64,000 nucleotides of DNA from Nemertoderma westbladi. Lineage: Eukaryota; Animalia; Xenacoelomorpha. Made by a program: the position numbers and the translations under genes. Of the stretch, positions 38,345 to 49,828 are shown piece by piece (positions within the stretch are counted from its first letter, which is position 1; the number at the start of each line of letters is the position of its first letter). The stretch spans positions 19,475 through 83,474 of the forward strand of contig JAUCBJ010001884.1 in NCBI GenBank assembly GCA_032718475.1, in the 5' to 3' direction. The notes under the pieces were generated by a model. It saw only the letters and a program-made list of their open reading frames with translations, was not told the origin of the DNA and did not search any database.

Positions 38345-38930
38345 TGATGAATTATTTCACTATAAGATAGCATTTGTAGTTTAACTTTAACGTAAAAACT
38401 TTCGAAAATCCGACGCATTTTGATTAAGTTACAGTAATGTAATATGCCTATTCATATTTGTATACATAAAACCCCTAGTTACTCTCGTGGCGTAGTGGTC
38501 AGATGGTTAAGGCGTTGGTTACATTACAGATAGGTTACGAGTTCGAATCCCGGTCGGGAAATTTGTATTTTGGGGCCATTTATTTTCATTTGGTACAGAT
38601 TGGTAAGCCAATGAGGTGCGTACAACGTATCGAACGATGAGTTGGGCCAATCATAGGGCATGAAATATCTTATTGCTCCAATGTGAGGCCATCGAATACT
38701 CTCGAAGGTTCTAGTGGATTCTATGTCCCAGATTTAGTATATAAAGGGCTGGTTTGCCTTCGGTTATCACACACATTTGTACTTCACTACTTCTTACTTA
38801 CTCTTGTAAACTTGCTGCACTAGTTGCACTAATCATTTCGTTATACTTTGTTGGTTTCTTGTTGAAACTATTGTAATTCTGTTTGATAAATCTTTTGCTA
38901 AACTGTAAATACACTGCAAACTCCTGAACA
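38345..38930 (+). repeat. 3' LTR core of BEL2
   Basis: Near-identical to 16133-16718. Confidence 0.8.
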
Positions 38931-40991
38931 TGTTTTCTTTTGGTCCAACCTTGGGACAGCCAAACATCGGGAAGATGGCAGCCTAGACCGTTAGGCCGTC
39001 AGCAACGCAGGGGAAAGATGTCCACAACACGCTAGCGCCCACATTGGATTTGACCGCGCACCCCCTTCGCCCTTCGTAATACTCCACTTGCCATGCAGCG
39101 CCCGCTTTATGAGGAAGGTAAGACTTTGTTCGACGCCCTTGCCCGCCGTAAGACCTATAGATCAGGGTAAGCGTGACGCCGTCCTGGACGCCGCAAAATT
39201 TAGGATCAAATAATTATATTTAGGCAGAAACCCCCTTTGTCAGTCCTGCATTTACTACTGTTCAATATTTAAATAATCCAATGGAAACAAAGATACTTGA
39301 ATCATGAGACGTGAATTTTAAGTTTACTTTTTATTCATCCTCTGTGTTTGTATGTGAAAGAGCCGAATATTATTTATTACCAGTGCTGTATGTAGAGATA
39401 TGAGTTTCCGATTCTGTTATTACATTTGTCTGATAATCAGATACCTGACATATACCGATACTTGCCTAACAACTCAACCCTACCGGACCTGAAATGAAAA
39501 ATCATTGTTATCAGGACTGCTACGCGTGGCACCTACGCGTAGCACCTACGCGTGGTTTCAAAATACCTACGCGTAGTTCCAAAATAACTACGCGTAGTTT
39601 TAAAACACCTACGCGTTGTTGTTAAAAAGGCAGTAAGTCTGGCCCTACCGGTAAATGACAGGAATGGAAGTTACAAACTACGCGTAGCTACGCGTAGCTA
39701 CGCGTAGGCCTACGCGTAGCTACGCGTAGGCCTACGCGTAGGTCGAAAAGATTTACCCCGAACTATTGCCATTCGTCAGTACGCGAGTACATAGGTACGG
39801 ACAGCATATGTTCCATAATTTAGTGATTCGTAGTACTGACTGTTTGGTACCGGTTCGCTTTGTAGAACATACATTAGTACCCCCCCCCCCCCTGCCTGAA
39901 GTTAGTTATTTGATCAGGCAAGGAGTATTTCTGCTACCGGCACACCGCTTGGCCTAGCACCTAGGGAGGTTTTATTAATATCCTACCGCGCCTTGCCACG
40001 TACTGATAGGTATTGCTGCTAACTACCGCGGCAACAAAGTTCTAGAATCAAATTTGTATACCAGATCAGCTAACGTACGGTAGCGATTAACCCCTATTTC
40101 TTATCTTACAACCAGAATCTGGTATTAGTGCCGATCACGGGTGTAGTTACTAACACCGTGGTTACCCATTGAGTTGTGGATAGGAAGGAGAGAGCTTTGA
40201 CGTCATTTGTAAGTATAAAGTTCTACAAACGCGACCAGCTTATTTTAGTAGCTAGCGCATGGCTGCATGGTATCATTTCGGTCAGAAAATCACTAAAACC
40301 TAGTGAAAAGATATACACCAAAATTGTTTTATTTGTAACACACCCACACACACACGCCCTACAGCCCTAAAACATATTTACCCTTAGAGTTCTACTAGTT
40401 ATAGCGTACTATATATTACTTTAGGCAGAATTTATCTGTATTTGTAAATTAGGATCTGATATTTAGTTACGGCAATAGGGAGTATTTCATTTTCGTTATT
40501 AAACTGTTGTTTTCTGCTCAGCAGTATTGTTACATTAGGCACGACCCTCTTTCGACTGATTTAGGACTGAATCAGTGTTGTTACGCTAGGTCTGTTAACC
40601 CACTAGCTCGTATATAAACCATATAAATCACACCGCGGCAAGTTACGGTATTTAGGACTGTCAGCGATAGTTAGGATTCGCTGCGCGGGGATTGTTTTCC
40701 CGTGAGTTTGGTCTGTTACTGTAACTGTACATCTGCCTCACCGGTTAGAGGACAGCTGTATCCTTTTGTCTAGTTCGTAGGCATTAGACCCGCTCACGTA
40801 CATAGAATAGACACTAGGCTCTGTTCCTCGCCAGTAGTAGTTTGTGTATTGTATCTGTTTGTTTAGATATCCTGGACTGGGATTTGTTGTCAGATACTGT
40901 ACGAGCCCGTATACATTACTAGATCTTACGGTAAGATACATCGTTACTAGGATCCGGTAAGCGGTATACTACTGGACAGCTGGACCTTACA
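38931..40991 (+). repeat. Continuation of the terminal direct repeat (copy of 16719-18269) with indels
   Basis: Collinear with the 5' copy except a ~510-bp replacement (39250-39758) and several short insertions. Confidence 0.9.
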
Positions 40992-41274
40992 CCTGGTGCA
41001 ATTCATATATATTCCAACGAGACTAGAACGCCTAAAACCCCTATTGCGGAAAAAAAAGGCTTCAAATAATCAATTTACAAAATTGAAATATTTCAAAATT
41101 TGGGGCTGGCACCAAAATTTGGCACCCGCCGCTAAAAACAAGATTAAAATTTCTAGCTTAGGCCTATTTTATATGAATTCCTTTTAGTTATTTTCAGTTA
41201 GTCTTTTAGTTAGTAGCGTTAGTTTCAGAGAGGGGGGGGGTGGGGGGTAGAGTTATATTGACTGACATGGGCAG

Positions 41275-41456
41275 AATCCCCAGCTGCCCAGTACTCATTT
41301 AGCTACCATTTAAGGATGCAAGGCAGAGATGCCTCGCTAAACCCTTCAAAGCATTCGTGATGAAACGAAAACTACCTTGGCCCCCATGCCGGGGTTGAAC
41401 CCACAACCTCCAGACCTCCGTGAAATGTGAATTCAATATAACAACTACACCAAGGT
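41275..41456 (-). mobile_element. Degenerate tRNA-derived SINE-like fragment
   Basis: Minus strand has TGGTGTAGTTG (A-box-like) and GGTTCAACCC (B-box-like), then a TAAATGAGTACTGGG body motif. Confidence 0.4.
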
Positions 41457-42425
41457 GGGCTCTGAACCAAGGTGGACGTGGAACAAGTGTCAGATACCGT
41501 CAGATCAGATCAGATAAGGACAGACGTTTTAGCCATCCTACTTATTTTTCCAACCCTATCCTGCTATACCCCTGCCTGCCTGCTATAGGATATAAATTAT
41601 TTTTGTCTTTTTGGGTATGTTTTTTGGGTAATATTGTGTTTTTTTGTGTTTTTTGGGTACCGGTACATTTTTGTGTTTTTTTGTATTTTTTTTGTGTTTT
41701 TTTTTGTGTATTTTTGGGTAATTTTGTGTTTTTTTGGGTAATACGTAGGACCGGATTGTATAGTCTTATTACAGTTAGGTACCGGTACAATGGGCAAATC
41801 TGGCAACCTCAACACTTGCCACATCTGGCAATATTTATTGCCACATCTGGCAACTTTTAGTTTTTCGAATTTTCTCACGCCCACGGCAGACAGCCAGAAG
41901 AAAAATCGCATTTTGGTACGGTAAATAGGTAAGTGAAAAGAACCCGAAATTAAAATATAATTGACCGTACGGCAGTACGGTAGGCCCCTATAAGAAAAAA
42001 ATCTTCGTCTGAATTTCTCTTACATTCTTAGCTGTTCAGCTGTTAGCAATAGGCCGAACCCGAAATGTAGGCCTACCTAAAATAATTATTGCCATTTTTG
42101 GCAACCATTAGACTGTTAGAATTTCAGAATTAAGTAAAATAATGGTTGCCATTTTTGGCAACCATTATTCTGTTATTATTGGGCTTGGGCAGCACTGTCA
42201 GTTACTCTGTCATTGTAAATTACTTAAAAATTGCTAACTGCTTGCTGTACGTATCCATTCTACTGTTAGTGAAGAAGTAAAGGATTGCGATAATGATTGA
42301 TATGCAGGCATATCAGCCTCATTTTCAATTAGACAGCACTGTGACCGGGCCCAGCCAGGATTGAGATAATGTCAGAATGTGCGTGCACTCAGCTAATGTT
42401 ATTTACAGATTTACTAACCTACAGA

Positions 42426-42630
42426 CGTCTCATTGGTTCCCCCAAGCTTGACACTAGAACAAAGTCGCCTCCGCTTTGCAGGACATTGCTTTCGCCGTTG
42501 CAAATCTAGATCTAGCAAATGACATGGGTGATAGGGAGCTGTGGCGGCGAAATTTTGTCGACAAGCCGGCACAGCATTCTCTTAAAAATGCACCTGCAAT
42601 GCAGCATGTCGATCCTAATAGTAGTAGTAG
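42426..42630 (+). mobile_element. RTE-like LINE 3' fragment with internal deletion and (TAG)n tail
   Basis: Reverse complement of parts of 250-550. Confidence 0.85.
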
Positions 42631-42758
42631 CCTACTGGTAATACAGTAATAAATACCGAGTACAGGAGTACCTTAATCTACAATCTCATAATACAGTAAT
42701 AATATATATATATTATATTGGCCTAAAGTGTATGATCTTGATCTATGATAGTTTAGAA

Positions 42759-45700
42759 ATGGAAGAACAATCAAATACAAACTCACCTACCGCAGGTCAT
42801 CAAGACCAGAGAAAATCATGGGAACGGGTTTGGTCTACAGATGACATTCGCAGCGGTGCAGGAAACTGGTCGCTAGCATCGGATGCAGGTTTGCTGCTGA
42901 AGCTACAGAACTGGTCGAGCACATTGGTAAGCGCTACTCACACCACCGAGGGTCACGTAGAAGACCTCAACCACTCCCTCAAGGGTGTAGACTGCCAACT
43001 CAGGAACATCTTTAATAACTTCAACATGTTGGAGAACCAGCAATACGTAGAGAACCGAATCGATCCGTCGCATCTCGCTGCTGAAACGGAGGAACAGCCA
43101 TCGGCACCGGCAGAACGCACTAAAGCAGAACGCGAACTGGAACTGGTTTCCGCTGTGAAGGCTGCAGTTGAGTTGGGACTCTCGGTTATGGAGAATGCGT
43201 TCCAACGACTCGACGTTAACATCGCTGCTGACGACTCTGAGGATGAAGAAGGATTTACCAGCGATCCCATCCTCGAACCCAAGGATCTATATGCTCACCG
43301 TCCACTGCCATTCATCATCGGAACCAACGAGTTCATGCAGGATGACTCGTGTGGGTTGGCCGACCAGTCTGATGAAGATGAAGGTTCCGAAGAGATTGTA
43401 GAAGGCCTCGTTGAGAAAGTGGAGGAAACCGATGAAGATTCGTCAAGTAGCGTCGAGTCCAGCGACGTTAGTGACTCCGGGAAGCCGCCTGTTGCTATTA
43501 GTAGATCGCTGCAACCGATGACGTCATCAAGCGATGACGAGGTGTCACTTCCGGGTGTACCATCGGGTCCAGCTCCCCCTGTAGACTACTCAACAGCCTC
43601 ATCAGTAGAAGATGATTCTTTATTCACGTCCAAATCAGGATTATTCGCCTCTGGGGCGACTCGATTCAGCGACGAAGAGGACGACATCTTCACAGAGAAA
43701 CCCACTAGTAAACCTCGACTTCCTCCCGGTGCGGTATCGGTGTTCGCACCGCCGGGAGTTGTTGCTAGGAAACCAAGTGGTCCGGAAACCCCAGAGGTCA
43801 AACCAACGGAAGTAAAACAACCTGAAGCGAAACCAAGGAAAAGCAACGTGTTTGAGGATTCGGATTCAGACGATTTATTCTCCTTCGCAAAGAAATCAGA
43901 GGAACCCAAACGGAAGACCAACACGTTTCTGTCGATCGAGTCAGATTCCTCGCCTCCACCTCCCCGTGCCGTAGTCCCGTCCAGCCCAGCAGCCGCCCCG
44001 CCCACCCGCCCCGCTACTCTCAGTCTCTTCGACGACAACGCGGATGACGACACTGACGACGACCTGTTTGGAGACATCGACCCGGTCCGTCATGACCCCG
44101 TGGACAAACAGAGGACCGGCACTGGGGTGTTCCGCAACGAGGGGCTCCTCTTCAGTTCCGCCGGACAGATGGATGATGTCCCGGATTACGATCTGTTCAC
44201 TCCGACTACACCCACCTCTACAGTCGGTTCATCTGGTGGCATACCCATTGCGAAGGCGGATAAACCCATCTCTGAGTCCGAGAAAACCGTCTCGGAAATG
44301 GAAACAACGGATAAGAAAATGGGGAAGACAGCAGCGGATTCAGAAATTCTCAGCCCCGAAAAACCGTTAGTGACTCCCAAGAAAGAAGTTGCGGTTAAAA
44401 AACCGTTTGGTGGTGTTTCTATGTTCGGTGGAGTCAAACCATTCGGTTCGGATTCCGACAGCGATGATCTGTTCTCTACACCAAAATCGAAACCCGTGCA
44501 AAAAGTGAAGGAAAGCAACCGGGAGAGTGTTGTCCCACCCCCGAGTCGGGAGAGTGTTGTCCCACCCCTGAGTCAGGACAGTGTTGTCCCAGAGGACAGC
44601 CCCTCCGTGATCAAAAAAACCAATAAACCGACTAAATCATCTTCGGTTTTCCTTGACGATTCAGATGATGATGATTTGTTCAAGTTACCGAAATTAAACA
44701 AGTCCGTTTTCTCAGACGCTAAGAATAAATCCGATTCGTCGGAAAGTCTGGATGATTTGTTTGCTGTTACACCAAAGGGGTTAAACGAAAAGTCTAAGAA
44801 TAATGAGTCTGTCCCAGTCAAACGCGTGTCTTCCTCAGAAAACCCTGACAGAGCTGAATCACTTTTTGACAAAAAATCTGAATCACCGAAATCTCCTATT
44901 GACAAATATAATAAATTGACAACACAGAAAACATTCAAAACTGATTCAATCTCTTCACCTCTTGACAAAACTGCACTTCTTGGCAAAACTAATTCAATCT
45001 CATCACCTCTTAACAAGACGGATTCAATCAAATCACCTCTTGACAAAATGGCACCTCCGGACAAAACTGCTCCTCTTGGCAAAACTGATTCGATCTCATC
45101 ACCTCTTGACAAAACTGATTCAATCAAATCACCTCTTGACAAAACTGATTCAATCACATCACCTCTTGACAAAACTGATTCAATCACATCACCTCTTGGC
45201 AAAACCGTTTCTGTAAAATCACCCCTTGGCAATACTAACTCAACCACATCACCCATTGGCAAACTGAATTTACCAGTAATCCCCCCGTTTAGCAAGTCGG
45301 ACTCAACGCTAACCCCCGGGGACCAGACCGACTATCTCCGTCCAGAGGCCATCGCCGACTCGCCCCGCCAGTCTAGGAAGTCACGACCTCGTCCGAAGTC
45401 TGCGTTCTACCCCGTCGGCTCCAACAAACTCCCGGGCCTCGTCATCAACCCGGTGGCCCTGCTCCCTGGGGCCCGGCCCCCTCCCCGCAACGCCGCCCCA
45501 CAAGCCGTCATCGACTTCGATTCGGCCGCCGATACCTCCAAACAGAACCTCGGATCGCTGACCAAAAACAGGGCGGCCTTACCGCGCAACAGACGGCCTC
45601 CCGGCAAGCGGCAGCAGTCGGCGAGTTCAGTGAGTCCCGACGGAAAGAACACCTCCGGGGTTCCTGATGTCACGCCAACCGAGACTAAACCACAGATCGA

Positions 45701-46577
45701 TCCTTTAGTTGCGTCTACTGACAAGCGTGGAGGCTTGCAGTCAGCCAAACTTACACAACCATCGCCTGTACTCGACAACCAACCAACACCCCATGATGTA
45801 ATAGATGCACCCATGTTGGTATCACCCACTACAAAGCCATCTGGTGTAGTCCCACCCACTACAAAGCCATCTGGTGTAGCCCCACCCACTACAAAGCCAT
45901 CTGGTGTAGCCCCATCCACTACAAAGCCATCTGGTGTAGCCCCACCCACTACAAAGCCATCTGGTGTAGCCCCACCCACTACAAAGCCATCTGGTGTAGC
46001 CCCACCCACTACAAAGCCATCTGGTGTAGCCACATCCAAATCACTAGAACCACCTGTACCAATTCCATTTCCTGTAGAACCTCGTGGTTCTGTTTCGCAG
46101 ATTCTAGAACAAACTGGTTCAGTTTCGGAAACAGGAGAACCACCAGTACCCAAGGCAACCATTCTAGAACCACCTGTATCCACTCCTGTTGTTCCCAAAG
46201 GATCGATACGAGACAGCGATATATTCGGTGATACAACCGATATCTTTTCTGATCTTCCAAAATTGTCGAAATCGCCACGATCGAAAAAAAGAAATCCGAG
46301 AGATAAAGAGCGTAAGGAGCAGTCTGTAGATATCTTCGCCGCTGAGTCGAAGGATTTATTTGGGGGCGGTGCCGCCGATATATTCGCCAATCCCAAAAGT
46401 AAAGATAACGCTGTCGAAGATATATTCGCTACAGATTCACCGTCAACAAAGCGCAAAGCGAAATCTAAATCGTCAAACAAATCGAATAAGTCAGGTTCTA
46501 CAGGGAGCAGAGCAGTCGATTCAATATTCGAAACAAATTCCTCGATATTTGATGATCCACTCCAAAATAATAAATAA
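42759..46577 (+). CDS. WASHC2: WASH complex subunit 2 (FAM21), single coding exon
   Basis: WERVWSTDDIR..WSLASDAGLL, NFNMLENQQYVENR, EPKDLYAHRPLPFIIG, many acidic LF motifs, INPVALLPG, CPI-like LTKNRAALPRNRRPP, C-terminal IFDDPL; alternative ATG at 42732. Confidence 0.92.
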   Translation: MEEQSNTNSPTAGHQDQRKSWERVWSTDDIRSGAGNWSLASDAGLLLKLQNWSSTLVSATHTTEGHVEDLNHSLKGVDCQLRNIFNNFNMLENQQYVENRIDPSHLAAETEEQPSAPAERTKAERELELVSAVKAAVELGLSVMENAFQRLDVNIAADDSEDEEGFTSDPILEPKDLYAHRPLPFIIGTNEFMQDDSCGLADQSDEDEGSEEIVEGLVEKVEETDEDSSSSVESSDVSDSGKPPVAISRSLQPMTSSSDDEVSLPGVPSGPAPPVDYSTASSVEDDSLFTSKSGLFASGATRFSDEEDDIFTEKPTSKPRLPPGAVSVFAPPGVVARKPSGPETPEVKPTEVKQPEAKPRKSNVFEDSDSDDLFSFAKKSEEPKRKTNTFLSIESDSSPPPPRAVVPSSPAAAPPTRPATLSLFDDNADDDTDDDLFGDIDPVRHDPVDKQRTGTGVFRNEGLLFSSAGQMDDVPDYDLFTPTTPTSTVGSSGGIPIAKADKPISESEKTVSEMETTDKKMGKTAADSEILSPEKPLVTPKKEVAVKKPFGGVSMFGGVKPFGSDSDSDDLFSTPKSKPVQKVKESNRESVVPPPSRESVVPPLSQDSVVPEDSPSVIKKTNKPTKSSSVFLDDSDDDDLFKLPKLNKSVFSDAKNKSDSSESLDDLFAVTPKGLNEKSKNNESVPVKRVSSSENPDRAESLFDKKSESPKSPIDKYNKLTTQKTFKTDSISSPLDKTALLGKTNSISSPLNKTDSIKSPLDKMAPPDKTAPLGKTDSISSPLDKTDSIKSPLDKTDSITSPLDKTDSITSPLGKTVSVKSPLGNTNSTTSPIGKLNLPVIPPFSKSDSTLTPGDQTDYLRPEAIADSPRQSRKSRPRPKSAFYPVGSNKLPGLVINPVALLPGARPPPRNAAPQAVIDFDSAADTSKQNLGSLTKNRAALPRNRRPPGKRQQSASSVSPDGKNTSGVPDVTPTETKPQIDPLVASTDKRGGLQSAKLTQPSPVLDNQPTPHDVIDAPMLVSPTTKPSGVVPPTTKPSGVAPPTTKPSGVAPSTTKPSGVAPPTTKPSGVAPPTTKPSGVAPPTTKPSGVATSKSLEPPVPIPFPVEPRGSVSQILEQTGSVSETGEPPVPKATILEPPVSTPVVPKGSIRDSDIFGDTTDIFSDLPKLSKSPRSKKRNPRDKERKEQSVDIFAAESKDLFGGGAADIFANPKSKDNAVEDIFATDSPSTKRKAKSKSSNKSNKSGSTGSRAVDSIFETNSSIFDDPLQNNK

Positions 46578-46845
46578 TCTATTTATTCATTTACATAATT
46601 AATTATAACTTATTTATTTATTTCAAAATTATATTTTTGCGATAATTATTTGCAAAATATCGTGAACTTGTACGAAACATATTCCTAACTTGTGACCTTG
46701 TTTAACGGTGCGTTGTAACGACGCCTTACGTACGATGTGGCGCTGCGCGTCTGGTATGGTTACAGAATATTAGCTAAGCAGAATGTTAGCGAAAACTGCA
46801 AACATTAAATTTGTAACAACTTTTTGCTTTTGTTAACGATAATAT

Positions 46846-47972
46846 CAAGGATGTTATTACGTTACGTTACGGTATCTTTTCAGGAATATCGTAGCTCAAT
46901 ATTTTTCCGTAACGTAATAGCATTTTCAATACCGTCACGTAATTTTACTTCGCAGCTTTCGGACACAAAACTTTCACTTTCACTTGCACGTTCTAGCTAA
47001 TTCAATATAAAGTTAATTGCTTTACTGCGTTTTGTTTGTCTTCTACACGGTCTTCTTATATCCAGCCTCCCGGCTTCTCCTGTTATTTATGATGAAGTCC
47101 CCCTATCAATATTGCCAAAAGCTAATTATACGCGCACTTCTTCAGTATAGGCTACTTAACAAGTACAACAACACAATAACAACATAAATTACATAAACTA
47201 CATAATCTAAACTATATGATACATGACCTAAATAATAGTTTGAGGACTCGACAAATTAATATGTTTAGAGTTTCAGCAACACTATTGTACAGAGTTCTAG
47301 AACACAATAAATCTCGTCCTGAGTTTTAACTCACAAAGTTTCCGAGTTAATTTCAAGATTAATAAATTCTTAGTTTATTATAAGGAAAATAATAATAACG
47401 TTTTATACCGGAGTTAAGGGAGTAAAGTTTAGTTTCCTAGCGACTAGAAGCAGTATTAGCAGGGGAGAGTAGCAGCCCCCCGGGTTTTTATATCACAGAA
47501 ATTCCAGAATATAATATTTTTTTAATATTTTTTAGTATTGGGTGAATATTCTAGAACTGTAGTAGAATGTTTTTGTATGATAGCTACCCGTTCCCGTTCT
47601 ACCAAAGCTTACTGGAATACCGTCAGTACCGGTGTTCTACACAGGAATACAGAATAGTGATCAATAAAGCGGGAAATTTGAAGTTAATTTTATGTTAAGT
47701 TAATTTGCAATTTCAAAACATTGAAACTTCTGTATAATTTTCCGATATTTAGACAAAATTAGGATGAAACTTTAAATATCTCTTTGTGGTCCTATGGAAT
47801 CTGAACCGGTTATTACGTTACGGTATTTTCGGTAATACGCAATTATTTTTTCGGAATACAGTAACGTAATTTGGAAATTATTCCGTAATGTAATATCGTA
47901 ACGTAAAAAGTTCCGTTTTTCAACTGTAACGTAACGTAATACCGTAACGTAATGTGACGTAAAACATCCTTG
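46846..47972. mobile_element. Non-autonomous hAT-type element (MITE)
   Basis: TIRs CAAGGATGTT...AACATCCTTG; perfect 8-bp TSD GATAATAT; subterminal TTACG/CGTAA repeats. Confidence 0.85.
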
Positions 47973-49828
47973 GATAATATTATTCAATTGAATTACAAAT
48001 GTGTTTTACCTACCTACTTTATATCGGAATAAAGCTACGTACCATATTATCTATATTATTATAGATACTTTTCAACGAACATGTTCTAATATTTATTATT
48101 TATTTTTCAAGCAGTTTAACTATTATTGCATTGGCCAAGTAATTATCTACTGTTTACAGCATATCGTGTTGTACTAATGTGACACCCATCCTTATCTTAG
48201 TAGTAAAGGCTAAGAGTAGCCGCGGTGCGACTGGTGCAATAATATTGGTAATGGATGGAGATAACATATTTTCAAACGCACTAAAGGCAAAACTTTGAAA
48301 GAAAGCCATAGTTTCTGACTGACAAGTTAATTAGAGGAGGATGACAATAAAAATTAATGATATATTCAATTCGCTCAATAATTCATTAGTTTGATAATTA
48401 AGATGCTATTTGGGATATTATGTAATAATGTAGCTATCGTATAAACCCGCTCATCTAGCTTCAAGCTGTCATCATAACTAGCGATGTAGTAGTGCGAACG
48501 GGGCCTAACTTAGTAGTATTCCGTAAACACTATGTGATTGATTGACACTTTTATTAAATAATGTTGCCCTTTAGCCACGATCTATAAACTGTATTTCAGC
48601 TTGAAATCAACTTGTTTACATTTTCATTCAGCTCCTACTATAAACTGTATCAGCTATTAGTTGCTTAACGTCATGTGCAGCTGCTTTTCAAACAGGCTGC
48701 TAATACTAGAACGGGCTTAAATTAATTATTTACAGTGCAGTGTGAGTGTGGTAACTAGAATTAATTGCATATGAATCGGATCCATTCTTAACATTACAAC
48801 AATAATTATAATAATTAAGCGATAAGTTGAGATAATGTAACAATATCAGCCACGTCCATTAATTGTATGAAAATGCATTATTCACTGGCACTAAACCTCC
48901 CTCGCTGCGCTCGGTCTACACATATATACTCGGGCCATAGTGCTGAATGGAATACTTTATAAACAGTGACGTTATTCCTGCTCAACATGCTTTAAATATG
49001 GTGTCTGTTTATAGTCTTGGAAGTAGTTTAAAACCAATTTGTAAAGTAAAACTCTCAGTTTTACTGTGTAATAATATTTATTGTATATCTATATTATATT
49101 ATAATAATATTTATTATTACTGAGTAATAATTAATTTATGTTTGATATACATTAGATAACTGGTAACCGATTATCTCTTTCCTTGATATGTTATTGACGC
49201 TATAATAGTTTGCATTGCAGCTTTGCCAAAATAAATTATAATTTAATCTCATATATTTTCCTATGCAATTAATAATGTGATTCTTTGTTTAAATTAAATA
49301 AAGTGAATGTATTTATTTATTATGCATTCGTTCTGATTTTGCTATCTTCTGGGTTTACAATTATTGTTATGTGCTATTGTTATTTATTTTAGATATTTAT
49401 GCGGCATTCCAATCAGTTATGAATAATAAACATTATATACCGGTACATACGTAAATATACACATTCCGAGACAGACTATTATTTTCACTCGTTTATAATA
49501 CGAGACTGTGGGCGACAGGTAACACTCGTGTGAACGGTAACCCTGGTTACATTCAGAGCGCGCAAGGTCCGCTTTATACCTCACATTGTATTACCGGTAC
49601 TGTAATAAAGGTTGCCATTCATATAAATTATCGCATAGTATTCGTGGTTGGAATAAGTAGACTCGTTCTGCTCCTTAACGTGCTGCGCGAAGGCGCCATT
49701 CAATACAACTTTGCCGAATTTGTAAACTTTTGATTGACTTTGACATGTATTGTATACCTAGTTGTTTAAATCTCGTCTAAGAGGTTCAATTACTGAGATA
49801 TATATTTGCGTTCAAAAATTCCCGAAAT

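Larger units (their letters stand above)
16133..40991 (+). mobile_element. BEL/Pao LTR retrotransposon 2, full length, with extra ORF2 and a nested Gypsy
   Basis: TG...CA ends; 5-bp TSD CCTGG at 16128-16132 and 40992-40996; direct repeats 16133-18269 and 38345-40991; PPT-like GGAGCGG before 38345; gag-PR-RT-RH-IN order. Confidence 0.93.

Noticed and set aside
41420-41911. K/T/Q- and F/C/V-rich ORFs
   Set aside because: Derived from a low-complexity T/G tract
42903-46480. Long minus-strand ORFs (up to 357 aa)
   Set aside because: Antisense shadows of the WASHC2 CDS and its repeats
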